From Squalus acanthias (lineage: Eukaryota): a stretch of 64,000 nt of DNA. A model generated the notes under the pieces. It saw only the letters and a list, made by a program, of their open reading frames with translations. It was not told the origin of the DNA and did not search any database. Positions 37,071 through 50,754 of the stretch are shown here, one piece after another (within the stretch, counting starts at the first letter, position 1; every line of letters begins with the position of its first letter). The stretch spans positions 69,628,001-69,692,000 of the forward strand of contig CM059432.1 of NCBI GenBank assembly GCA_030390025.1. The letters are read 5' to 3'. Both the position numbers and the translations under genes were made by a program.

Positions 37071-38113
37071 AGTACTCAAATGGGTCTTTTTTGGGGTGGC
37101 AGGTGGTGACTAGTGGGGTACCGCAGGGATCAGTGCTTGGGCCCCAGCTATTCACAATATATATCAATGATTTGGATGAGGGAACCAAATGTAATATTTC
37201 CAAGTTTGCTGACGACACAAAATTAGGTGGGATTGTGAGTTGTGAGGAGGATGCAAAGAGACTTCAAGGTGATTTAGACCAGTTGAGTGAGTGGGCAAAT
37301 ACATGGCAGATGCAGTATAACGTGGATAAATGTGAAGTTATACACTTTGGTAGGAAAAGCAGGAAGCAGAGTATTATTTAAATAGTGATGTACAAAGGGA
37401 CCTGGGTGTCCTTGTACACCAGTCACTGAAAGCAAACATGCAGGTGCAACAAGCAGTTAGGAAGGCAAATGGTATATTGGCCTTCATTGCAAGAGGATTT
37501 GAGTACAGGAGCAAGGATGTCTTACTACAGTTATACAGGGCCTTGGTGAGACCACACCTGGAGTACTGTGTGCAGTTTTGGTCAGCTTACCTAAGAAACG
37601 ATATACTTGCCATAGAGGGAGTGCAGCAAAGGTTCACCAGACTGATTCCTGGGATGACAGGAGTGTCGTATGAGGAGAGATTGGGTTGACTAGGCCTGTA
37701 TTCACTAGAGTTTAGAAGAATGAGAGGGGATCTCATTGAAACATATAAAATTCTGACAGGGCTAGACAGACTGGATGCAGGGAAGATGTTTCCCCTGACC
37801 GTGGGGTCTAGAACGAGGGGTCACAGTCTCAGGATACGGGGTAGGACATTTTGGACTGAGATGAGTAGAAATTTCTTCACTCAGAGGTTGTTAAACCTGT
37901 GGAATTCTCTACCACAGAAGGCTGTGGAGGCCAAGTCACAGAATATATTTAAGAAGGAGATAGATAGATTTCTAGACACAAAAGGCATCAAGGGGTATGG
38001 GGAGAGAGCGGGAATATGGTATTGAGATAGAGGATCAGCCATGATCATATTGAATGGCAGAGCAGGCTCGAAGGGCCGAATGGCCTACTCCTGCTCCTAT
38101 TTTTCTATGTTCC
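37071..38113 (+). mobile_element. 5'-truncated CR1 LINE
   Basis: GVPQGSVLGP, FADDTK and WNSLP motifs, followed by a 3' UTR and tail. Confidence 0.9.
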
Positions 38114-38203
38114 TGTATCACAAACTCTGAAATGTTTCTGTAATTAGCTTGGTTCAAATTGTTGTTAATCCTAAAATGGAACTACGTACAGTTTTCAGAT
38201 AAC

Positions 38204-38924
38204 GGCCCATATTTTCCGATCGGAGGCTTCCTGCGTGCGGAGGCCTCCGATCTGGAAAAAATCTACGCCCTTACCTGAGGGCTCCGGAGGTCCGAACATT
38301 TCCGCTCCTGGGCCTCTCCACTACGAAATGCGCAGGGCCCAGGTATCCCAGGGGCGCATGCAGTTCGCAAGCGTCCCTGGGATCACATGGGCCATGGGGA
38401 ACCAATGAAAGAAGGGAATCCCCCTTCATACTTTTGACAGGTCTCTCGGCTTAGACCCATCAAAAGTATGAATGGAGATCACTCCAAAAATACATCAAAA
38501 CAAATATTTTTTTTTAAATCACTTTTTAAAAATTAGTTAAAATTACATTAAATTAAATATTTTAAACAAAAATTTAATTTTTTGAAAAAGAAAATAAAGT
38601 TTTTTACGGGGCTAAAAATAAACTTACCTTTTTTAAAACTATTTTTAAATTATAAATGAGTGAAATTTTTTATTTTTCTTTACTTTTTAAAATTCTTTAT
38701 TTTTAAAGGATTTCAGCGGGCGGAGGTCCTGCAGAAAGCAAAACTCTCTGCCCTCAGAGGCCCTTCTCCAGGGCAGGCGTGCGATCTGTCAAGAGGATTC
38801 TTGACAGATCGGAAGTGCCGGTTTTCAGCGCATGTACTTCGCATGCCCGAAACTGGCACTTGCGAGATCCCTACGGGCGTGTACACAGCTCGTACACACC
38901 CGTAGGGATCGGAAAATACGGGCC
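38204..38924. mobile_element. Second copy of the GGCCCGTA MITE
   Basis: High identity to 9004-9762. TIRs ggcccatattttccgatc / gatcggaaaatacgggcc with flanks aac/aat. Confidence 0.9.
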
Positions 38925-39073
38925 AATAATTATTCTAGTACATTAGCTGCTTGATTGAGCAGAGAATAGTAAGTATTTCAATGACTACTTATTTGAACTA
39001 TTAGAAAAGGACACAGAAATATGCTCTATTATGTTGAAAGTAACCATGAAGATTTTAATACTTTAACATCATA

Positions 39074-40680
39074 GTAACATAGGAACAGGAGTTGGCCATT
39101 CAGCCCCTCAAGCCTGTTCAGCCATTCAGTTAGATCATGACTGATCTGTATCTTGACTCCATCTAACCATTTTAGTTCTGTAATCCTTAATACCCTTCCC
39201 TAACAAAATCTATCAATCTCAGTTTTGAAATTTTCAATTAACCTAGCCTCAACAGCTTTTTGGGGACGAGAGTTCCAGATTTCCACTACCCTCAACAAGA
39301 CTGAGGTTCTAAGTAGGCTTGAGGGGTCAAAATGAGCACATCCCCATGGACAGGTGGTATCTATCCCATGTTGGGGAGGTGCCACTAGATTCAAAACAAG
39401 CTAACAGTACCCATATTCAAAAAAGGGGACAAATCTATTTCAGGGAACTAAAGACCCATTAGTCTCACATCAGTGCCTGATAAAATAATGGAGTCAATCA
39501 GGAGAGAACTTGAGGAGTACCTTTATGATAGTAATCTAATAAATAATAACCAACATGGCTTTTAAAGGGGAAGATCCTGTCTGAGGAACCTCCTTGATTT
39601 TATTGAAGAACTGACATCCCAAGTGGACGTGGCGGAATTTAGATTTCCAAAAATCCTTTGATAACGTTTTTCCTCAAAGACTGCTACTGAAACCAAAATC
39701 AGTTGGGATTCAAAATAACAACTAGGTATGGATAAGGAACTGGCTTAAGGAAAGAAAACAGGGATATCTATTAGGGTAGTGATGTCAGGGTGAGGAGGAA
39801 GTATGAGTGGATAGCCATAGTGTTCAGTCCCTATTTTTAGTTTACATTATAGACAGATCTAGAAACCTATTACAAATTGGTAAAGTTTGCAGATGATATT
39901 AAACTAGGGAAGAGGGCTATTGAGATGGCCAAACCAACCAGCCTACAAAAAGAGCCAAATAAAATATGAAATTGGGCCAATCAGTGGAAGATACGAATAA
40001 GCATAAAGTAAGTGCAGAATAGATGACATAAGTATACTCTGGATGGTATAGAAATAGCTAAAAGATGAATTTAAAAGAATCTGGTGTGATAGTAAATTAG
40101 AATTAACATCTTAAGTTCCTGTGCAGCATTTATAAACAAAGCAAACAGAATGCTTAAATATATTGCTTAGATCAGTTGAATCTCAAGATGTGATGTTAAA
40201 ACATTACCGTATTCTGGATAGACCATACCTTGAATGCTGTGCTTGTTTTTAGTCACCAACATTTAAGGAAACATTCAGTCCATGGAGGTGGTAAAAAGAG
40301 TCACAGGACAGTTCCCTAGCATCAAAGATTTGAGTTATGTGGAAGTACTATCAAAACTGGGGCTATTTATCTTTGATAGGAAGTAACCTAGAGAAGACCT
40401 TATTGAATCATATCAGATATTAAGAAACACTTTCAAGGTACGCCCATGTACCTTGGTGGGCGAGTGCCCCAAACAAGGGACATAGAGTAAAACTGGTGAA
40501 AGGAAAGTCTAGGACAGATAACAGGAAGAATTCCTTCACACACAAAGTGATTAATACTTGTAATGATCTTCTAGGTAGGATATTGGATATGAAAACCTTA
40601 GACTCATTCAGGAGATAGTTAGAAGACAGTATGGAGAAACTGTTAACTTTTAGATTCTGGACGGATGGGCTAAATGTTCT
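39074..40680. mobile_element. CR1 3' tail (-, 39074-39295) followed by an old, heavily decayed CR1-clade RT region (+, ~39405-40680)
   Basis: Recognisable remnants: aaccaacatggctttt (QHGF), gatttccaaaaatcctttgat, aagtttgcagatgat (KFADD) and agaccataccttgaa. Confidence 0.7.
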
Positions 40681-42170
40681 CATTTATATTTTGGTCTTGG
40701 TGCCTCTTAAACATGTTAATTAATCAAAATAACAATGTCATTAGATATTATGAGGCTGCAAATCCACGGCTTTTCCGGCACACTCTAAGCATAACTTCAG
40801 CATGAGTGCCAGAAATTCACTACTGGGATTGCAGGGTGGTCTCTTGAGGGTGGAGTATCGACTCATCCCAAAAAAAGCCATCATCGTGAGGGGATGATGG
40901 GACTACCAAGGTCGGGAGTTCCCACGTTCCCGTCCCTAAGAGGGACCCAGCATAGGTTGGAGGAGGTATGCCTGGTGTCTACCTGCTAAATAGTGGAAGT
41001 GGGGTCCACCTGTGGTCCAGGCTAGGATCGTGACCTGGTACACCAATGTGGAGCTGTTTTAAAAAAAAAAAAAAAAAATTTGACCCCCTTACTAAGATAG
41101 TTTACAGATGTTTAGGGGAACTTTACTGCTGAACTTTACGGACTGCTCGGTAGGCAGATGCCGCAAATATGGCCTTATGGCCCCGCCCCCCCCCCCCAAC
41201 ATCCCCCTCATTGCCAGAGGACCTCTGTCAAGACCACGAGCATTGGTGGGGTTAACAATGGAAAGCCCAGGCAGGTGCATCTTGACAATTATGCTGGGAT
41301 GAGTTTCACCTTCCCGCCTCCCCCTCACCCCGCCCAAAGATTTTCAGGGTCTCTTTTTCGGCTGCACATAATGACACTACTATTCCCGACCAGAGTGAAG
41401 ATGATTGGGTAATTGCCCCCGTCAATCACGCCTGGAGATTGCACTGCTGTAAGTGACTGGGATTGATTTTATGCACATAATTTGTATTATGTATCTATCC
41501 TTCACTCACTGCAGTTTGCTGGAGAAATAATCAAGTTGTAATTTGTAACTGTCTTCCACTCAATGCATTTTCCTGGAGAAATCACCATTCTTTTATCGGA
41601 AGAAGTTGCTGCAGTTTTGGTCGGGCATGAGTTCTGTTTGCTGCAGTTTGTAGACTCTTTTTAAATAGATTCTGTAAATAAACTTTGTTTGCTTTGCTGT
41701 TTGCTGAAAAATACACTTGTTGACTGTAAGTCCCGCCCCGCCTCAAACTCATTGGCTGACACAGTGGTGTCAATAGACACTCTGCTTTTTCTTATGTTAT
41801 GCTTTTTTCAGTTTTGCTGTGTTTTAATCAAAAGGAAAATGTATAAAAAGTTAGGGATGTGTATTAACCAAAATCAGTTAACCTTACAGTATAAGTCAGG
41901 CCTTGAAAATTGACCAATCGTACCATTAAAATGCTTGAATTGTAAAATATCTAAATAGCAAAGCAAGGAATCAAATTTAAACAGAGGCTTAATTGAGCAA
42001 TCTGTCAATAATCACATTACGCCAAGACTATTTATCTGCTGTATGCGATGTCCTCTACCATTTCTTCAACCAGTACATGTGAGAAAATCTGTATGATTGT
42101 TGAGGAAAGGGTCTGGAGGATATATTTGATTCCAAATTGAAGAGAAACTTTTCTCCATGGGTTATGACAG

Positions 42171-42224
42171 TTGCTTCAGCATCCTATACCTCCTGGACAA
42201 ATAGAAATACAATTCACGGCTCAG
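42171..42224 (+). CDS. Possible 54-nt phase-1/phase-1 linker exon (xASASYTSWTNRNTIHGS)
   Basis: Flanked by gacag| and |gtttgt, open, and phase-compatible with its neighbours. Splice signals are weak and there is no homology support. Confidence 0.25.
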
Positions 42225-42685
42225 GTTTGTGCACCAGAGAGGTTTAATTTCCTTACTGACACAGACTTCATTGTTGAGATCAGAGATATGAATATGGGCT
42301 AAAATCCTTTAGTTGAAATATGAAAAGAAACCTTTGGATACATAAATGTCATATTCCTAATCAAAATGATTTTCAGCCATAGCAAACCTTCCTGGTAGTT
42401 CGCGCTTTGTGGAGGCTTAACGCAGATAATAAAACGGATCCATATGCAGTTTTTGTGTATGCAGCTCTATTTTTCATAATTCTTGCAATTTATCTGTTTA
42501 ATATCTTCTCTTTAGATGATATTGCTATACATGCAGAATAAAGCATTGCTTAAGTTGATTCATATATGCCATGTAACAATTTTTTTTGTTTTTGTGAGCT
42601 ATGAAAATGCTTCTTACAAGAAACGTGTGTTTTCAGAATTTTGTTTTTTTAAATTACTGTTTATTTTTAATGTTCCTTATGATAG

Positions 42686-42867
42686 GGGTCTCTAAAATGA
42701 ATGATACTTCTGAGAAGTGGAAAGTGGTGACAAGGACAGGTGAGGCAGGCACAAAAGCCAAAGTTTCCATGTGGGCTTATGGTGACCAAGGTATGACAGG
42801 ACCAATGAGTCTTCAGAAAAGCAACAATACAAATGCCTTTCTTTCCAATCAAAGTGATGAATTTCAG
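42686..42867 (+). CDS. RP1: Host gene exon, PLAT domain N-terminal part (RP1-like long form)
   Basis: atag|..|gtaacc. Encodes GVSKMNDTSEKWKVVTRTGEAGTKAKVSMWAYGDQGMTGPMSLQKSNNTNAFLSNQSDEFQ, with the PLAT W/Y.V...TG..GT.A.V....YG..G pattern. The symbol is from recalled similarity, not a search. Confidence 0.8.
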
Positions 42868-43080
42868 GTAACCTACATAACTCTTTTCCAGTTTCTTGCT
42901 CAAAGATTTTCTTGTTTGCAGTTGCTAGAAGTAGTTACTATTTCCTTGAAGAGATGATCAAAATGCATTTAAATTGTTGTAATGATAGAAATATATACTG
43001 TTACACCAGAAGTTCCCACAGTGCTATGCTTTATGGCTTATAGGTCAAAAATTGTCAAGTAATCTGTTTTTAATCTTTAG

Positions 43081-43167
43081 ATCAATATGAAAAATGTTGG
43101 TCAGATCTATAAGATTCGCATTGCACACGATGACTCAAGCAAACAACCACACTGGAAGTTGGAAAAG
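43081..43167 (+). CDS. RP1: Host gene exon, PLAT domain middle
   Basis: ctttag|..|gtactt, 87 nt, phase 0/0. Encodes INMKNVGQIYKIRIAHDDSSKQPHWKLEK (G.I.KIRI.HD....W.L PLAT motif). It is not in the ORF track. Confidence 0.85.
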
Positions 43168-43281
43168 GTACTTATTTTTAGATGTATACAATAAAGTTTG
43201 GATCTGGCAGTTAGTGTAATGTTTTCTACAATTATCTTAGTAATTATAAGATGTCTGTATAATTGTTCAGATAAAGATAAA

Positions 43282-46200
43282 GGGGGAAAAATTCAGTTGG
43301 ATAGCGCCTCCACTTAGCACCTGGCAGGGGTGCTAATGGGGTGCTGATGCAGTCATGCCGGGGCGAGGCAAATCCAGCCCCCCAAAGTGCCGCCACTACG
43401 AATTACCACTGGGGACCTCAGCGCCAGGCAGATCGTGACGTCAGTGAGCATGCCCCGCCCCGACAGCGACAGGGAGAGGAGGCGTCAAGCAGGTGGATGC
43501 CGGCGCCAGGGGCGCCACTTAAAGGGATCATGAGTAATGAGCCGCAGCTGTCGGGTTAGTGCTGGTTCACTGCTTCCTTGTCAGTTTGACATTGTGCAAG
43601 TTTAATTCAGTCATTTAAAGGTTGTTTAGTATCAGGAGTGTTGTGGCTACTAACAATTAGTTACATTTATTCTCACAACATATCAAAGTTCCACACTTGA
43701 TTACATTAATGGGGGCTGTACTGGCAGTCAACCTCACCCTCCAGGATCTACGGTGGAGGGAGCGGAGGCAGCGAGAAAGATTGGAACATGTGGCCAGAGG
43801 GAGGAGAAGGACCATGAGGGCTCGCAACAGGAGGCCTTACCCTCTGAGGGTATTCCGAGAGCACAACTCCTACCTCCAATTAAGTGAGGAGCAGTGCATT
43901 AGAAGGCTCCGCTTCAGCAAGGAAGTGGTCACAGAACTCTGCCACATCCTGCAACCAGACCTTGAGCCTCAGATCAGGGCGACCACGGCTCTCTCAGTGG
44001 CAGTCAAGGTCACCGTCGTCCACAATTTCTTCACCAGCGGATCCTTTCAGTCTGCAACAGGAGATATAGCTAACATCTCGCAGTTTGCCATCCATCGCAG
44101 CATCCGGGAGGTCACAGAGGCGCTCTACAGTAGGAGAAGGAACTACATGTCCTTCCCCATCACCAGAGAGAAGCAGGAGGAACGTGCATGTGGCTTTGCC
44201 AGGATAGCGGGCTTCCCCATGGTCCAGGGCACCATTGACTGCACCCACATGGCTTTGCGGATACCGCATAACAATCCAGACATCTTCTGTAACTGCAAAG
44301 GCTATCACTCACTTAATGTGCAGTTGGTGTGCGACCACAGACAGCGAATCCTCAATGTCATGTCCGCTATCCTGGCAGCAGGCACGATGCCTTCATCCTG
44401 AGCCAGACCAGTGTGCCAGCACTCTTCCAGCCACCACATCAAGCTCGCGGCTGGCTGGTTGGAGACAGGGGCTATCCGCTCTCCACCTGGCTCATGACTC
44501 TCCTCCGCAACCCCAACACTCCTGCCCAGCACTCATATAATGAGAGCCACGCTGCCACCAGGAACATCATTGAGCAGACCATCGGGGTGCTCAAGCAACG
44601 GTTCCGCTGCCTTGACTAATCGGGAGGAGCCCTCCAGTACTCGGCTGAGCGGGTGTCTCATTTCGTTGTGGTCTGCTGGATGCTCCACAACTTGGCCATC
44701 ATGAGGGCCCAGCCCTTGCCACCAGGGATTGCGGGACCACCTCAGCAGGAGGAAGAGGGAGAGGAGGAGGAAGACGAGGAGGAGGAGGAACAGGAGCGAG
44801 GGAGGAGGCAGCCACTCAATCAGCCTTCCGGAAGGGCAGTCCGTGACCGGCTCATCAGACTGTGGTTCCAATAAATTAAACCCCAGATCCCCGTTGCTCA
44901 CCACATCCCCATCATTCCATCCGTGTTGCAGGCCATATCACAGCGCAAAGCTGAAATGAGATACATCACAAAATAATCCAAATTGAATTAATAAATTTAT
45001 CAATAATAAGTGAACACAAATTTACAGCAACATTATTACCTATTCACCCTTGTGCAATTCCTTGGTGCCTCTTGTTACTGCGCCTTTGCCTACTCTAGTG
45101 CTCCTAGGAAGTGTTGGCCCAGTAGCTGCAGCAGTGCTGGTGGAAGGCTGCTGAGAGCCCGTGTGGGAGATTTCAGATGGTCTTGCAGAATGCCTCCACC
45201 CTGGAAGTCCCGGCTGTAGACTGCACCACCTCAGCATGAGCGACAGCAGTCTGGGCTGGCTGGATGACAGGCAGCGACAAGGAAAATGGTGGAGTGCCAG
45301 TGGCGGGAGCAGGAATGCTGTCATCCTGAGAGGTGAATTCTGGGAGATTCTCTCATTGCTAACTTACCTGACGAAGGAGCGAACTGCTTCGAAAGCTTGT
45401 AAAATTAAATAAATCTGTTGGACTATAACCTGGTGTTGTGCGACTTCTCATTTTTATCCTGAGAGAGGACAGCAGGATCGTGCTCCACTGAACCACTGCC
45501 ACTCCCCCAGGGCAGCACCTAAGCATCCTTAGCAATCTGTTGCAGCACAGATTGCTGGCCTGCTGCGACACCGTGAAAGCCCCGGTCGATGGTGGTAGAC
45601 CCAGCCACGATGGCAACAGTCAGAGCTTGCGTTGCATCAAGCTGAGACTGCATGAGTGCAGTCTGAGATTGAATGCCACCAAGCATAGACTGCATTACAG
45701 CAGTAAGGAGTTGCGTCACTTCCGCCTGTGCTGCAATGGAAGCTGCCAGATCGCCTATCACACGTGGCATCAGGTCTGGGTTGCCACAGTCTCTCTGGGA
45801 GTCTACCATCCTTTGCAGACTGTAAATGATGTGCTCCATGGTGTGCGCAGAGCTTTGTGCAATGTTGGAGGCGGACTCCTCCACGCTCCTTACCATTGCC
45901 AAGCGCCTCTTGCACACCTTTGCCATTGCACCTATCATCTCCGTGTGCATGCCCATCACCCTTGTTCTAAAGGCCTCCCCATCAAGGTCCTCATCTGAGT
46001 CCTGTGCAGCAGAACTTGCGTGCGAAGTCGCCCTCCGGAGAACTGGCGCCCAAGCTACCCTTTCCCCCTGGATTTGCTGCAGCCCACTCGTCCCCGGTGT
46101 ATCACCCTGTGCAGATCCCGCTACTATACTAGTCTCTAAAGAACGCGTAGTACCAATATCTGAGCTGGTGCCTGCGGGTGAGACATGCAGTGACCCAGTG

Positions 46201-47444
46201 ACTTCTTCCTCCTCCTCTCCTCCCGCCTCGCTCTCAACGGTACCCTCAGGGACAGGCTGCTTAGGGGCTTGCTCATTATCTGAAAGCATAAAGGCACAAG
46301 ATTCGGGTTAAGGTGAGGGGAGGGGGCAGGAAGGGAGAAATGCATGCATGCAACATGATAAGCTGGAAAGTGCAAAACGCTTGTGGGGCGAGGGGGAAAT
46401 GGGATGTGAGAAGAAGGAGTAGGGATGAACATACCGTTGTTGTCCCCAAAGGGGTCAACGTCGCCAATGGCCATGGTGCCCACCACCTGGCGTCCAATAA
46501 TCTGCAGCACTTGAGTCTCCAGCTCAGAAAGTGGTTGGGTGTTAGCTTGTCCCCCGCTTGTGCGCTCCTGCTCCCTCCTGTTGTGAGCCACCTTGGCATG
46601 CAAGGGAAAGGAAAGTGTGTGAGTGAGTGTGGAGCAATGTGTTTGGGTGATGTATCTGCCATTGTTGAATAGCTGTCATTGTGTGCAAGGTGTGAGATGT
46701 GGTTGTGAGTGTTGGTAAGTAGGATTGTTGGTGGCTGAGTGTTGGAGGTGTGGTGCTTTGGGCAGTGTGTGTAGATTGTGGTTCAGATGGTGGTATGTAG
46801 CATTTGTTGAAGCATTTACTCACCCTGACCACCCGAGTGAGGTCATTAAATTTCTTCCTGCACTGTGCGTGGGTCCTGGGGACCACAATGCTGTCCAAGA
46901 TGTGCTGGGCTACCTCGCTTCACATGGTGCGGAAGACTTGCGGCGAGGACCTCCTGCCACTTGCCGAGTAGAGCACCACCCTTCGTCTTTCCACTGCGAA
47001 CACCAATACCTCCAGTGCATGGTCGCAGAATCTGCGGGCTCTCACCCTGGGGCGTGGATCTGCCATCATTACGGCTGCTTGAGTTGTCCAGCTCCTTGTC
47101 CTTGACCTGCTGCTGCTGGCTGAGATGGCTGCACAGCCAGCAATGATAAGAATGAGGTTCTGCAGCATCAATGAGGTTCTGCAGCATCAGTGAACTTCCC
47201 CTTTAAGAACTGGAAAGAGCCTGTGGCAATGATAACTTGTGATTAGACTGCACCTGATATTGGGCAGCACTTCGAGTTTAACACTACTGAGCTGGACCAT
47301 TAGCGCTTGATTTAGCGCTCCAATCCTTTCTTCCTGCAATGAGACTTAATGTTGCATGCAGTCTGAAGCATTAGCGCCTGGCGCTAATTCTCAAACTTTT
47401 CAAAAGTTAGCGCCCATTCCTGGGCTATAATGAATTTCTCCCCC
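43282..47444. mobile_element. Full-length Harbinger family A copy 2
   Basis: TIRs gggggaaaaattc / gaatttctccccc with TSD AAA. The transposase is at about 43709-44874 (+, one frameshift and a stop). A three-exon Myb-like gene is at about 47070-45040 (-). Confidence 0.93.
45333..45455 (+). mobile_element. Solo PLE terminal repeat (123 bp) with hammerhead motif at 45364-45402
   Basis: 10-bp TSD atcctgagag; absent from family A copy 1. The core reads TTAC-CTGACGA-A-GGAGC-gaact-GCTTC-GAAA-GC-TT-GTAA. Confidence 0.85.
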
Positions 47445-48163
47445 AAAGTATTTGCCAGCCAGTAATTGTAATCCAGTAATCTAGGTGACCTGCCTCATAG
47501 AGGCGAGCACAGCAAATTGGCTGTTCCGTCAAAAGTCCCCTATGGCTCCCTGGAATGAGCCTATGGCATAAAAGTTGAGAGCTGGAGTCACCTGCTGTGC
47601 CATAGTGAGATCTTGCTGTACATCTTGGTTGCAGATCTGGCTTTTGCAGCAATCAGAGCTCCTCCAAAGCTTCATGACTGAAGTGTAGCCTTGTAAGACA
47701 GAACTCCTCGGAAAGGACTTGGAAAATGCAGCTGGGTCTATAGATCCTGCTGGATGAGAAGTGCTGGGATAGTCTGGCTCTCTTCTGGTGCTACCTGATT
47801 AATCTCGCTTTCCTTATACTCCTTCTGCTCTTCCTCCAGCATTATATATTATATAAAGTGGGATTCCCAGTGGGAAGCCCATTGTCCACCTTTTAATTTT
47901 TAGAGTCTGCATAGAAAATATTAACATGTCTTTTGTCTCCATAGACACTGACTGACCTGTTGCGTGTTTCCAGTATTTACTGTTTTTGTTACAGCAGAGA
48001 TAATGCTGGTTTCACAATTCCCTCATCCCTAAATGGGCATTTCACTGGGAACAGTAATGGCAAAGGCCATCAAGCATGCCATTGAGAGCAGAAAACAGAA
48101 AGTTAAAGTTATTACTGACAAAAATCACAAACCTAGGTGAAGTGAATTTTGCACGTGGGACTC

Positions 48164-49293
48164 CATGGTAAGGTCCCACATGGCAGACTGGTCAGAAAAG
48201 TATAAGTCCATGGAATCCAAGGGAAAGTTGGATCCAAAATTGGCTCAGTGGCAGGAAGCAAAGGGTAATGGTTGACAGGCGTTTTTGTGACTGGAAGGCT
48301 ATTTCCAGTGGGGTTCCACAGGGCTCAGTACTAGGTCCCTTGCTTTTTGTAGTATATTTCAATGATTTAGACTTTAATGTAGGGGACATGATTAAGAAGT
48401 TTGCAAATGATACAAAAATTGGCCGCGTGGTTGATAGTGAGGAAGAAAGCTGTAGACTGCAGGGAGATATCAATGGACTGGTCAGGTGGGCAGAAAAGTG
48501 GCAAATGTAATTCAATCTGGAGAAGTGTGAGGTAATGTATTTGGGGAGGGCTAACAAGGCAAGGGAATACACAGTAAATGGTAGGATACTGAGAAGTGTA
48601 GATGAACAGAGGAGAGACCTTTGAGTGCATGTCCACAGATCCCTGAAAGTAGCAGGACAGGTAGATAAGTGGTTAGGAAGGCATACGGGATACTTTCCTT
48701 TATTAGCTGCGGCTTAGAATATAAGAGCATGTATAAAACACTAGTTAGGCCACAGCTAGAGTACTGTTCTGGTTACCACATTACAGGATAGATGTGATTG
48801 CACTGGAGAGGGTACAGAGGAGATTTACGAGGAATTTGCCAGGACTGGAGAATTTTAGCTATGAGGAAAGATTGGATAGGCTGGGGTTGTTTTCTTTGGA
48901 ACAGAGGAGGCTGAGGGGAGACTTGATTGAGGTGTATAAAATTATGAGGGGCCTAGATAGAGTGGATAGGAAGGACCTATTTCCCTTAGCAGAGAGGTCA
49001 ATAACCAGGGGGCATAGATTTAAAGTAATTGGTAGAAGAATTAGAGGGGAGTTGAGGAGAACTTTTTTCACCCAGAGGGTGGTGGGGGTCTGGAACTCAC
49101 TGCCAGAAAGGGTGGTAGAGGCAGAAACCCTCATCGCATTTAAAAAGTACTTGGATATGCACTTGAAGTGCCGTAACCTACAAGGCTACTGGCCAAGAGC
49201 TGGAAAGTGGGATTAGGCGGGATAGCTCTTTTTGGCCAGCACAGACATGATGGGCCGAATGGCCTCCTTCTGTGCCGTAAATTTCTATGATTC
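48164..49293 (+). mobile_element. 5'-truncated CR1 LINE, degraded
   Basis: GVPQGSVLGP, FANDTK and WNSLPERVVEA motifs and a tatgattc tail. Confidence 0.9.
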
Positions 49294-50754
49294 TTGATTT
49301 AAAAGGCTCATAAGCTTGTGGTTTGAGGGGCTGGCTGTCAAAACATAAACAATATTGGCAATTTTTGGAGGTGTGAGGGCGGCGGAGCACAGGAGGCATA
49401 CCACTCCCAACATTGCTTATTTGTCAGCCACTGACATTGCCAGCCTGATCTGGCCCAACTTCTATGCAATCTGAAGAGCATCATGGACAGCATGCCATTA
49501 TCATTGAAGTGCACACTGAACCCTTAGAAAGTACTGCTGTACATGCATTTCATTTATAACTTTGATAATTTAACACTTCTAAACTTCAGGCTAGCTTGTT
49601 TTTATGAAAGCATAGATATATTTGGCAAATTAAGTTGCAAATTTCTATTACTTGCATTTGTGAATGAAGGTGTTCCCACAAGCTGAATGAATGAAAAGGT
49701 CATAGTTCAGCCATGCATTGCTATGATACTATGAGATTAATTGTTACATTGTAAGATTGTCAGTCATTTTTGGCTTTTTAGAGGCATATTTTTGAAGCTA
49801 TTAAAAGAACAAGATGTGCCAAAATACTTTGTTAGTGAGCGCACCCACAACAGTACTTCGTGAATTTTAAGCTTGCTATTCTGATAGTTGAATGTGCTCT
49901 CCAAAGATTTTGAAGGAACTGGGATAGGTTAGGTCAGCAATGTCAGCGACTGACAGGTGTGTATTCTCAGCAGTGAGATGCCTGCATTCCCTTCAGTCTG
50001 CTGCTCACTGCTTCAGTTAGTTTTCTGTTGAAAGCTGTTCTGATGAAGGGATAAATCCTGGCCAATTGCAACGCATAGTATACCATGGTAGTATTTATTT
50101 CCCCCAATGGAACACAGCATCTGTCAGCATGACAGTTCATTAACAACCCCTTAATTGTCCGTAATAAGCAGTGAGCACAGATTAAACAGCCAGAGAGCTG
50201 GTGCAAACTAGTACATTTTTGAGATTACAAAAATATTATAGATGACGATTAGGCCATCCACCTAGAAAGATCCTATATTCCCACCATTGCACCATCTAAT
50301 TGTTTCTTAAATGATTCCATGTTTTTTTTGCCTCCTCTGCTATCTCTGGAAGTCCATTCCATGCGCTGATTAATCTTTGAGTAAAGGAGACTTTCATGAT
50401 ATCAGTCTTTTAAATTTCCCTTAAACTGTGAACCATTGTCCTACTCTCACAATTTAATTTAAATTAGTATTCTGGTTTTACCTGTTCCATTCCTTTAACT
50501 AGCTGGTATACTTCTGTAAAGTCACCTCCTGGACACCTATTTTCCAGCCAGGCTGAAAACCTGAAGTTTCTCTGGCCTTTCTTCATAACCTAGGCCTTTT
50601 ACACTCAGGATCAGCTTTGTCGCTCTTTTCTGTACTGCTTCCAGCACTTGAGTGCCTCCCCAAGTCTCTCAACAAAGATGGAAAGCTGGAAGTAGCAGGG
50701 AATACGCAGGACAGAGACTACTCCAGCTTTTTTCCTAGATTTGTGCTCATTTCT

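Noticed and set aside
36824..37381. 185-aa ORF fusing a HARBI-like N-terminus to RT motifs
   Set aside because: It is a chance in-frame junction where a 5'-truncated CR1 inserted into a Harbinger, and both parts are broken nearby.
42601..42957. 118-aa single-exon ORF with a hydrophobic N-terminus
   Set aside because: Only 42686-42867 is exonic; the flanks are intron read-through.
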